From Arenicellales bacterium (lineage in GTDB: Bacteria > Pseudomonadota > Gammaproteobacteria > Arenicellales > JAANXG01): a stretch of 60,405 bases of DNA. Under the pieces are notes generated by a model, which was not told the DNA's origin, searched no databases, and was given only the letters and a program-made list of their open reading frames with translations. The stretch covers positions 1-60,405 of the forward strand of contig JASJAT010000052.1 in assembly GCA_030066885.1 (NCBI GenBank), in the 5' to 3' direction. The position numbers were made by a program, and so were the translations under genes. Positions 18,591 to 27,391 of this stretch are shown here, in pieces. Each line of letters opens with the position of its first letter. Within the stretch, counting starts at the first letter, position 1.

Positions 18591-18613
18591 AAACCCGGTA
18601 CGAGACCGGGTTT
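18591..18613. terminator. hairpin downstream of the DUF3604 relic
   Basis: AAACCCGGT-acgag-ACCGGGTTT. Confidence 0.5.
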
Positions 18614-18637
18614 CTACTCATTCATTTTTAAAAGAGT

Positions 18638-18997
18638 TTAAGGCGTGTACCAAATCGGTGAGGTGTATGCACGTTCCTAGTGCTGCAATGGAATTTCGGG
18701 TCTCGTCTCAATGCCATAATGTGCGGCGTCTATGGCCTGCCGGGAAGGGGTTGGAATCTCCAACACACGTGCGTAGTAGACAGCGGGTAGCGCAGGATCG
18801 AAACTGGAGTCAGTCCAAGTCGCCCGTAACTCAGCATCTCCGATATTGTTGAGATAGGTGGCATTGGCCTCATCGACCATGCTGCCGATTGGCCATCGCA
18901 CTTACCATTATTGAGGCCTCGATCGGCCTACGTCATAAACCTTCTCTTTACGATTTCCGTCGGCATCAACCCGACCCTTGATGATCTGGATTCGATC
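18638..18997 (-). pseudogene. C-terminal relic of a DUF3604-family gene
   Basis: One frame reads DRIQIIKGRVDADGNRKEKVYDV..*W*..NATYLNNIGDAEL.ATWTD..FDP...AVYYARVLEIPTP...*ERAYTSPIWYTP*. It has three internal stops, and the 5' part is absent. Confidence 0.85.
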
Positions 18998-19254
18998 TTA
19001 CTTGGCCTTTGAGTATTACCGTTTGTCATAAAAGACCGATATTGAAGTAGGTCAGTATGGTGCGGTAAACCACTGTGAAGTAAGGCTATAGGGGAAAGCC
19101 GCCAATTGCCGTGACTACCTTCTGTCAGATTTAACCTCTTGTCAGAAGTTACCGTTGATCGGAATTTGCATTCAGTCGACTCTTTTAGACTGAACATCGA
19201 AACTAGAAAGAATGCTTGATCGATCAGACCATACTTAGGAGTAGGTGTCTTGAA

Positions 19255-20331
19255 ATGATTAAGCGTGCAATACCCTTCATCTTATTAACAGTATCTAGCG
19301 CGAGTGGCGCACATTTCTTTGATGGCAAAGACCAAAGAATTGACTTTACCGATGAAGGTTATCCCTATAGAGCCATTGGAAAACTCGTCCACAAAATTTC
19401 CAACGGGAATTTGTTTGCTTGCACGGCTTTTCTTACTGGCCCGAGTGAAATCACCACAGCTCGCCATTGTCTTGTTGACAAAGCTACTGGCAGATATGTG
19501 AAAGAAGTCTTCTTTGTGCTTCCTGATTCAAGCTTTACAGGTAGGCGCAATGGAAAATATTACAAATTTAGAGCTCAAGTCCCTCAGAATGGGAAAAGAT
19601 GGAAATTTGAGGAGGAGGGCGCAGTTTCGCTAAACCTCGACCTGGATTCAAGTAATGGAACTAACCTAGGCGACTTAATGGGATACTTTGGAGTATCTGG
19701 ATTACACGTCAGAAGGGATGGATACGTGGGTACCTTACCCAACTCTTACTCCTCCAGGCTAAAAAAGAATTTCTGTAGGCAGGGGACGTCTGCATCCCGA
19801 CCGCTGGAATGGTTCAATCAAATAAACACGACGCAACCCAATAAAGGAGAGGAATGGACGGCGACTCCAGAACAACAAAAAACAATAGTCAGGATGTGCT
19901 CAGCGGGTTTTCCCAGCGACGTTTCAATATCCCAACGCAAGTTAATGGTTGAAAATAAATGTGGTTTAGGTGGTGCACTTTTTGATGGGGTGCGAACCAC
20001 TTGCTGGACTTGTGGTGGCTCATCTGGTGGCCCATTGTTCTATTACGAAGATGGGCAGTATTACGCTATTGCAGTTCACTCATTGAGTTACCCAACAGTA
20101 CGAAACGCCAACGGTATTGAAAAGAGCTCAGATGGTAAATTCCTTATAGGCGAGCCTTTTGGCTCTGACTTTTTTAATTTCGCCGCTCTAATTATTCCCG
20201 ACGTTTACAGGCGGGTTCACAAGCTTAGCCAGAAAGGCTTCTATTCCATAAGTAATGGAGCGCTGCGTCGTGCTAGAACCAGACACTCGACTTTGGGTGT
20301 CGCAGCAAGTCACCGTCCAAAGAATAAGTGA
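19255..20331 (+). CDS. secreted trypsin-like (V8-type) serine protease
   Basis: Signal peptide, YPYRAIGKL, CTAFL, TARHC (His), GSSGGPL (Ser). Confidence 0.75.
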   Translation: MIKRAIPFILLTVSSASGAHFFDGKDQRIDFTDEGYPYRAIGKLVHKISNGNLFACTAFLTGPSEITTARHCLVDKATGRYVKEVFFVLPDSSFTGRRNGKYYKFRAQVPQNGKRWKFEEEGAVSLNLDLDSSNGTNLGDLMGYFGVSGLHVRRDGYVGTLPNSYSSRLKKNFCRQGTSASRPLEWFNQINTTQPNKGEEWTATPEQQKTIVRMCSAGFPSDVSISQRKLMVENKCGLGGALFDGVRTTCWTCGGSSGGPLFYYEDGQYYAIAVHSLSYPTVRNANGIEKSSDGKFLIGEPFGSDFFNFAALIIPDVYRRVHKLSQKGFYSISNGALRRARTRHSTLGVAASHRPKNK

Positions 20332-20571
20332 ACTATGAAAACTTTAGTCAAGTTACGAACATTCAAGCTGACTAGAAATGTTGACCTGGGACACAAGTTA
20401 CGCCTGCTCCCTTTTATTTTGGCTGTTTTACAGTTACTCACGTGGCGGCATCAGCAAAAAGTAACGTTAAAAGGCTGGTGCGATCGAGTCTTTGTGCCGG
20501 GCGTTTTACCAAAGTTCGCGCCACTCACTTTAAAGGCCACTTTTTCGTAGCGTTGTGACTAGGCAGAGATT

Positions 20572-21003
20572 ATGTTCGTAAACGGGGTCACCGTGGTTTT
20601 ATGCGGCGATGAGCAGAGTTTCCAAGGTGCTACCATCGCTTGGCCAACAAAGATTGAGAAAAATCACGTAATGGTATCCTTACCTTCAAAAGCGCTCGTT
20701 ACAAAGACCATTCTCGCCAAAAAGGTTTTCTCTATCAGCGTCCTTAGTGACGGTCAGTCTGATATTGCGAAGCAGTTTGATGGTAGCAAGCAAACTCAGT
20801 CTCTCCCCCAGAATATTGGGAGCTTGGATTTTGAACTGTGGGAGGTTCCGGTGGTGAAGAATTGCCGAGCACATCTGCTGTGCAATACAATCCAAGACAT
20901 CTCAGTAAAAGAGCAAACCGTCGTTATCGCTTCAGTAACTGAGGTCGGCTTTTGCTGAGAGCAGAGCTCCGCTCGATGTGGCCACTATGCGTACTTTGGT
21001 TAA
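20572..21003 (+). pseudogene. flavin reductase-family gene, probably frameshifted at the 3' end
   Basis: GVTVV, FSISVLSDGQ..IAKQF. The ORF stops at 20958 after a T4 run, while SRAPL and GHYAYFG* continue in adjacent frames. Confidence 0.55.
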
Positions 21004-21285
21004 TAGCGGCACCAGCCAGCAGTGGTATAGATAATCTGGATAGCAGCCAAATGAGGCAACTTCCGCTTTCAGGTTAAGAGCAGCCTGTCTTTTCCTCAAA
21101 TCCTTGTTTATTGTCGAGCGGTAGTCCGCGGAAATGTTCCGATATACCTATCAGTGTTTCTAAAAGGCTACGTGGGCCAGGTTCTTTGCGGCCTGAGGTA
21201 ATTAATCTGTAGTGGACTGCCTGGCTATCTTGTGCGTTAGTCCACAATGAGGACAATTTATACAATCTGAGTTGAGGCCAATAAT

Positions 21286-21753
21286 ATGATTAAGCTGTTA
21301 GATAATTTGTATCTGTTCAGGGGGCTTCCGGATAGCGATCTATCACGGATTGCAGAAATCGCAGAACTGAAATCGTACGCCCGAGGTGAGCAGGTTTTTC
21401 GACAAGGCGACAGTGCTGATTCGTTTTTTGTGATTCAGTATGGCACTGTAAACATAGAGCTCGACGACGAGGATGGCAAGGGCGAGCGTATCGAAGTAGC
21501 CACACTTGGTACGGGCAGTCATTTCGGAGAAATGTCTTTTCTAGATAACGAACCCAGATCTGCTAACGCTTCTGTTGCGACAGACTCAGACATTATCAAG
21601 ATAAGTTATGCCTCGATGAGGGAGCTGCTTGAATCCGATTCGAAAATCTCAATTCACGTGTACAGGGAGTTAGCTAAATTTCTTTGTAGTCGATTGCGAC
21701 TGACTACACTCGACCTAAGCTATGAACGTAGTAAGAACCTTGGATATTTGTAA
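21286..21753 (+). CDS. stand-alone cyclic nucleotide-binding domain protein
   Basis: VFRQGD, GSHFGEMSFLDNEPRSA (phosphate-binding cassette); no HTH. Confidence 0.85.
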   Translation: MIKLLDNLYLFRGLPDSDLSRIAEIAELKSYARGEQVFRQGDSADSFFVIQYGTVNIELDDEDGKGERIEVATLGTGSHFGEMSFLDNEPRSANASVATDSDIIKISYASMRELLESDSKISIHVYRELAKFLCSRLRLTTLDLSYERSKNLGYL

Positions 21754-21800
21754 ACCTTTTGGGTTTTACAGCTTAATGCGGATACAGTAGAAGTAGGATC

Positions 21801-22235
21801 TTAAGAGATCTTCTCGATGCTACCGTCAAGGTCCATGAGCAGGAGCTCCACCTTCAAATTAGGATGTTTTTGGTGAATTTGTTGACTCAAATCCTTAAGG
21901 CTCTCGGCGTGAATCGCTGTTTCTCTCTCACGGTCCTCAACAAAGTCCTCGCCTAGAATGAGTTTGTATGCACCACAGTCTCGGTGGTCCATCACTATAA
22001 CCTCGTTAATTTGGGACAGCTTAACGGCCAAATCCACGTGTTCCCAGAATGTTTCACTCCAGGCTGGCTGTTGGTCCGTAATCACCCCGAGAGAAGCGCC
22101 AGCAAGGATTATATGGTAATACTTATTCCGCAGCCCTCTACCCGTCATATAACGCTGTATTTGATCAATAAGACGGTAGTCCATACAACTGAGAAGTAGT
22201 ATTACTTTGTCTGGAGTATCTGAATCGTTTTTCAC
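21801..22235 (-). CDS. beta-class carbonic anhydrase
   Basis: CMDYR and HRDCG zinc-ligand motifs; GTG start with a purine-rich RBS. Confidence 0.85.
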   Translation of the reverse strand: MKNDSDTPDKVILLLSCMDYRLIDQIQRYMTGRGLRNKYYHIILAGASLGVITDQQPAWSETFWEHVDLAVKLSQINEVIVMDHRDCGAYKLILGEDFVEDRERETAIHAESLKDLSQQIHQKHPNLKVELLLMDLDGSIEKIS

Positions 22236-22372
22236 ACCTTCCCTCCATACACAATGTCTATCTTGTATGCTGAGTACTCATACTCACATATGCACAACGG
22301 AATTCGGATGCACATCGCCGAAGTAAGCAGTGGACCAGTCGATATCTCTGTCATGGTTGGCTGGCACTACAA

Positions 22373-24247
22373 CTAAGGCACTTGCGAGGCAACCATAGGT
22401 ACTGCCTTCGCGCTACCGAAGGGACGAATGGCCGCCTCATCTATTATCAAGCCTGCTGTTGTCGCGTACTGCTGAGCGACGGTCAAATCCCCCACAAACA
22501 CCAAGTCTGCGCCTTTGTCATTTAAACGCTGTACAAACGATTGACTTGGAAAACCATCGTTGTCTCGGCCACCTGGCATGGGCGTGTGGATCCAACTTCC
22601 AGATACTACGGTGCAATCAGAGACAACCGGCACGTAGCTCACTAATCGATAGCCATGGGCGTATCGATCGGCGATGGGTAGACCTTGTGTAGCAACGTAG
22701 CAAGGCGCCTTTTCGCTAAAAGCCGCGAGTGTTGACGTGGCTTCTTTGATCTCTTGACGCGAGATGTGACTGGCCTTTACCAGCAATCGAACTTGGCGAG
22801 CATCATCCCATACATAGGGGATTCGGGTGCTTAAAACACCAAGCGCCACGATACCGACCATAGCTGCCAGTCGCCGATTTTTACCCTGCCAAGCCTTGAT
22901 CGTTACGATGCACACTGCCAGCACTACAATCGAAAAAACAATAAACTGGGGAACGAAAGAAAACCATCGTGCATAGTCAAGACTTACTTGCGCGGAAGAG
23001 ACCAGCCCACTCCCCAGCATGGCGCCAAGTACGACTGCTACTCCTCCGCCCAGCGCCAGCCAAGCACATTGTTTGAGAAGGCGCTTGGTCTTCGAAGACA
23101 TGGCCCACAAAGCGACAACCAGCGCGATAGCCCCGAGTAGCACCCATCCTTTGTTGGGCCAATGCGACAACCGAGCCACATCGTGGAAAATGAACAGAAA
23201 ATGACTCCGATAGCCCAGTAGAGCATCGCCGAACAGCTCGAAAAAGGGGATGTCCTGTTGCGCTTGTTGCTCAATGCCTGCAGCCTTGGCGAACAACGCC
23301 ATCGGCACAAATAAAACTGCGCTGCATATTGCCGCCACGGCACCCAACGTAAATCGAGCTCGGCGTTTGGCATGCGGTTGCCACATTGCAAGACATAAAA
23401 AAGGGATGAATATGAACAGCAAATGGATGGCTGAGTAGTGAATGAGCACAAGGCCTAAGATGCTTACCACAGCCAAAGTAAAAGAACCGATTGACCGATA
23501 AGCTTGAGATACGCTCCATAAACAAAAAGGCAACAACGCCCCCGTAACAATGAGTGCATATTTACCCGCAAACGAAGGAGCCAGCAGCAGTGTTCTTTCC
23601 AGAAGAAAAACACCGACGACGAACGCGATATGAATAAGAATGAGAGGAATACGCAGGCGAAACAGCCGTTGACAGTAGCACGCCCAGATGAGAGGTATTG
23701 TGGCGATCACCAGCAGCAAGGCCCATTTAAATATCGATAAGACGTTCACGGTAGAAAGGCCCGAGAATAACAGTGATAGAAGGATCGGCAATCCAGGCGG
23801 ATAGGCAGCCCAAGTGGCTTCAGACGCAAAGGGGATCTGCAAAATGGCTTGATTGGCTGCGATGCGTCGCCCAAACGCGAGAATGGCAACCGCGTCATGA
23901 GATGGAAATACGCAGCCGCCCCAATACAAAAGCCCCACCATTAAAGTCACCAAACCCCACAACATCAGCGACCAATGTTGGTGTGCAGACGTTGCCACAG
24001 ACTCGGCCACAAATATTCGGTCAGCTTTCCACCTGCGTGCCATGATTACCCCCGCCCCCGCTACGGTTGCAGAGAAAAACCATGGCCCTACGATACCAGG
24101 TAATAGGCCAAATGGCGTCAAAACGATATCTAGAAGATAAACCGTGGCGACGTAAAGCAATGGCGCGAATAGAAAACGGTCATACCAGCGCATCATGGCT
24201 GGCCACAGCGTAGCCAAAATGCAAACACCCAGCCCCAGGAAAATCAT
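22373..24247 (-). CDS. polytopic membrane protein, probable GT-C-type glycosyltransferase
   Basis: More than 12 hydrophobic segments, loop motif HD...YPPG; translationally coupled to the DUF2304 gene. Confidence 0.6.
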   Translation of the reverse strand: MIFLGLGVCILATLWPAMMRWYDRFLFAPLLYVATVYLLDIVLTPFGLLPGIVGPWFFSATVAGAGVIMARRWKADRIFVAESVATSAHQHWSLMLWGLVTLMVGLLYWGGCVFPSHDAVAILAFGRRIAANQAILQIPFASEATWAAYPPGLPILLSLLFSGLSTVNVLSIFKWALLLVIATIPLIWACYCQRLFRLRIPLILIHIAFVVGVFLLERTLLLAPSFAGKYALIVTGALLPFCLWSVSQAYRSIGSFTLAVVSILGLVLIHYSAIHLLFIFIPFLCLAMWQPHAKRRARFTLGAVAAICSAVLFVPMALFAKAAGIEQQAQQDIPFFELFGDALLGYRSHFLFIFHDVARLSHWPNKGWVLLGAIALVVALWAMSSKTKRLLKQCAWLALGGGVAVVLGAMLGSGLVSSAQVSLDYARWFSFVPQFIVFSIVVLAVCIVTIKAWQGKNRRLAAMVGIVALGVLSTRIPYVWDDARQVRLLVKASHISRQEIKEATSTLAAFSEKAPCYVATQGLPIADRYAHGYRLVSYVPVVSDCTVVSGSWIHTPMPGGRDNDGFPSQSFVQRLNDKGADLVFVGDLTVAQQYATTAGLIIDEAAIRPFGSAKAVPMVASQVP

Positions 24248-24600
24248 GGGGGGTTGGTTTGGTTTTGCGTTTTAGATGTGGACAGATGCGTGGCTGAGTC
24301 GATGGAAATCGCACGCACTAATTCGGTAAGCTGTTCTTCTGTTTTGGCCTGACGGGCGCGCGATAGAAACATTTCTCGAGCAAGAATGGCTGTGGCGGTG
24401 TAAACGAGAATATCCACAGGGCGCCCAATGCCCAAAAAGTGCGCCAAGCTCCGCCATGCATCGGTAAACAACACCATGGTCGCAGCGACAGAAAACGTCA
24501 GAACCATCATCAGCCAGGCGCGTCGTACAGACCGTGGGAGAAACACAAAATCTACAAGCAGCAAAAAGAGCAGAAAACATAAGAAAAGGATAGGAAACAT
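24244..24600 (-). CDS. DUF2304-family small membrane protein
   Basis: LGIGRPVD, LTELVRAISI; follows a GT2 gene as is typical for this family. Confidence 0.8.
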   Translation of the reverse strand: MFPILFLCFLLFLLLVDFVFLPRSVRRAWLMMVLTFSVAATMVLFTDAWRSLAHFLGIGRPVDILVYTATAILAREMFLSRARQAKTEEQLTELVRAISIDSATHLSTSKTQNQTNPP

Positions 24601-24614
24601 GGGTTCAATTACCC

Positions 24615-25334
24615 TCAGTCACTAGAATTAAATAAATATACGCGCAACAGGTCTTTAACGACCACAAGACCGTCGACATTGCTCTGTCCCTTGCGAAGGC
24701 TGTCTTGAGTGTACGTGATGTGTATGGGGGCTTCGCCATATTGCAGTTTGTGGCGCGCAACGATCTGCTTAAATTCTGTAGCGTGCGCCATGCGATTTTG
24801 TCGCAGGTGAACTGCATCGGCACACCGTCGATTAAAGCACCTAAATCCATTGTGAGCATCGGCGACCTTGACCCCTGTGATTAAACGCTCAAACCAGATC
24901 GCAGCCGTTAACAATGCTTTGCGCATTGTTGGAACTTTGCCGTGGTCCATGGTTAAAAATCGATTCCCAAAAACAATATCGAGATGATCGTCGACAAGCT
25001 TGGTTATCATGACTGGAATATCGTAGGGGTCGTGCTGTCCGTCGCCATCCATAGTCACAAACACGTCAGAATCGAGATGCAACCGTGCGTAGCTAATACC
25101 GGTTTGCAGTGCGGCACCCTGCCCCAGATTCACGCGATGTCGAAGCAAATAAAAATCGATATCGCTCGCGTTTAGCACATTGAAATGAATGGGCTTTGCT
25201 GACCCATCATCCACCACGACAACCGATATCGACCACGATGTCTTGTTGGTTGCGTACCACTCAACAAGACGCTGAAGAAAAACGTCGAAACGTGACCCTT
25301 CGTTATATGTGGGAATAACAACTGCGACTTTCAC
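24615..25334 (-). CDS. GT2 polyprenol-phosphate glycosyltransferase (DPM1-like)
   Basis: VIPTYNE, VVDDGS, NLGQGAALQTG, MDGDGQH, DAHNGFR. Confidence 0.9.
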   Translation of the reverse strand: MKVAVVIPTYNEGSRFDVFLQRLVEWYATNKTSWSISVVVVDDGSAKPIHFNVLNASDIDFYLLRHRVNLGQGAALQTGISYARLHLDSDVFVTMDGDGQHDPYDIPVMITKLVDDHLDIVFGNRFLTMDHGKVPTMRKALLTAAIWFERLITGVKVADAHNGFRCFNRRCADAVHLRQNRMAHATEFKQIVARHKLQYGEAPIHITYTQDSLRKGQSNVDGLVVVKDLLRVYLFNSSD

Positions 25335-25865
25335 AGTTTGCTCCCCCGCTCAACATCTAGTTGTATCGAAACTCGGCGTTATTGAAGTGTAAAGGTGACC
25401 GCAGATATCCCGCAAACTGCTAGTTTCGCCACTAAAGCACCTGTATTGAAAAGCTTCTTGGATATTCACGGTATCCTTGTAAGTCACAGTCTTCGTCGTA
25501 TGGGAAAAGCACTGAAGACATTTGTAGATTCGGAACACATACATCGTGCCGATTGAGTATTATCAGTATGAATCCACGCAGTGTCTGTTGCAGCAACTTT
25601 CTCTCCAACGACCGACATGTGTCAATACGTTTCGTTAACCAACGCGAGCTTGTTCGTTTTTATCATCGCAATGATGGTTCCATCGAAAACGGAGGGCTTA
25701 ATTGGATGGGTTACGACGCGAGTGCTTAAATTTAACACGTTCAGGCGTCTCGGGCCGGGAAACCATCATATTCTAAGCTATTACACGAAAACCAAAGGCA
25801 TATACGGCAGCGGCGGGCCACTGAGTTTCGATCACCAGATTGGTAGATTCTCCTCTGTTTGTAAC

Positions 25866-26405
25866 CTATTTAGTTACAACGACAAGCTTGGCCAAATCAC
25901 CTAGCGCAGACTGCATCTGATCAATAGTCAGATAACCTTCAATGGCCGTAGTTCCCCATATTGCACATCTCAGATCGCGCACTTCCGGTTGTTGATCTGA
26001 AGACAACTCCATAATTGTTGTCGGATATCTAGTTGGATCTCCAGCAAACTCCATGGCAGCGAGCTGCACGCCATCATAAGCTTGCCGCTGATAAGTTCTT
26101 TTAACTGTAAATGTACCCGGTTGCACGACTACAGGATCACGCATTTCTTCACTCGTACGATAGAGAAAAAACTGGCAATGTGGGTCCTGCCATGAGATTT
26201 CCGCGCGTGGCATCACTCGTCCATATTGCATAGTCACTCGAGAACCACTAACCGCATTCAACTCTTGCTCAACTTGAACCTTAGAGCCCGCCGGCAACAT
26301 ACGGGTGGGTGAAGCATCTATAGATGCACAGCCACTTAATGAAACTAGAACAATCAAGGTGACGATACACCTCGAAACCCGATCATTCACAAGATACTTA
26401 CTCAT
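25866..26405 (-). CDS. hypothetical lipoprotein
   Basis: Hydrophobic stretch ending in lipobox LSG-C; GAGGAG RBS before ATG 26405. Confidence 0.65.
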   Translation of the reverse strand: MSKYLVNDRVSRCIVTLIVLVSLSGCASIDASPTRMLPAGSKVQVEQELNAVSGSRVTMQYGRVMPRAEISWQDPHCQFFLYRTSEEMRDPVVVQPGTFTVKRTYQRQAYDGVQLAAMEFAGDPTRYPTTIMELSSDQQPEVRDLRCAIWGTTAIEGYLTIDQMQSALGDLAKLVVVTK

Positions 26406-26649
26406 ACTCGGTGTCTCCTCTGTAAAGAGCCGCACTGCCCGGAGGTTCTGCTCTTTCTAAAACTTTGGGGGATCGGCAGTGGATAACTTTTTTATTTATA
26501 GGCTATCGCTTGTGAATTTTCTGTGAACGAAATCCGCGAACCACGGGGAGGTAGGCCTCCGATACCGGAAGACTATGTCGCGATCGACCTGTGCAGTTCG
26601 GGCCAAAATCAATCATGTATTTTTTAGGAATGTGGCTATCCTTTAATAT

Positions 26650-27228
26650 ATGAAAACGCTTGTTTTTGTCCTGTGCCTCGGCCTATTTCAGGCCACCCAT
26701 GCGGATGCTCTTGATGACGCGAGAGCAGCACTTGAAAAAGGCGACTATGAGGCTGCAATTGAGTTGCTCAAACCAATAGCAGAACAGGGAAACACTGAAG
26801 CGCAACACAACATGGGATTTATGTATGACCAAGGGCTGGGTGTCCAACGCGATTACCATAAAGCAATTGAATGGTATCGCAAAGCTGCTGAGCAAGGGTA
26901 CGCGGAAGCCCAATACAACCTGGGTGGTATGTACTTAAATGGTCTGGGGGTATCGCAGGATTTCAAGGAAGCGGTGAAATGGTTTCGCAAAGTAGCAGAA
27001 CAAGGCTTTCCATATGCGCAAAACAATTTGGGGGTTATGTACGCCAATGGACAGGGGGTCCCAAAAAACTTTGTTCAGGCATATGCTTGGTTTGATCTTG
27101 CGGCGTCGCAGGGTGATGATGGTGGTGCTGAGAATCGTGATATGGTTGCCAAACAAATGACGCCCAACGAAATCGCGGATGCGAAAGAGTTAGCACGCGC
27201 GTATGCTGATAGATATTACCAAGAATAA
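26650..27228 (+). CDS. exported Sel1-like repeat protein
   Basis: Signal peptide; three AEQG..AQ.NLG.MY..G.GV repeats. Confidence 0.9.
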   Translation: MKTLVFVLCLGLFQATHADALDDARAALEKGDYEAAIELLKPIAEQGNTEAQHNMGFMYDQGLGVQRDYHKAIEWYRKAAEQGYAEAQYNLGGMYLNGLGVSQDFKEAVKWFRKVAEQGFPYAQNNLGVMYANGQGVPKNFVQAYAWFDLAASQGDDGGAENRDMVAKQMTPNEIADAKELARAYADRYYQE

Positions 27229-27391
27229 TAAAGGACGGCTTTTGACTGCGAAGCGGAAGCAGAATCCTTAGTCGTACCGCATCCGGATCCCAGGGATACT
27301 CAGAAGAAAACCCAACTAACGAGCGCCGCCGTTAAGCCTGATATAACCGAACTAGCGGGCCATCTAGGATTGCAGGTTGTTAGTCAAACCA

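Noticed and set aside
20335-20550. 71-aa ORF and possible attC-like site
   Set aside because: No RBS or motif support, and no complementary RYYYAAC/GTTRRRY pair.
25350-25904. Short ORFs between the GT2 and lipoprotein genes
   Set aside because: No recognisable family or RBS; possibly decayed DNA but cannot be assigned.
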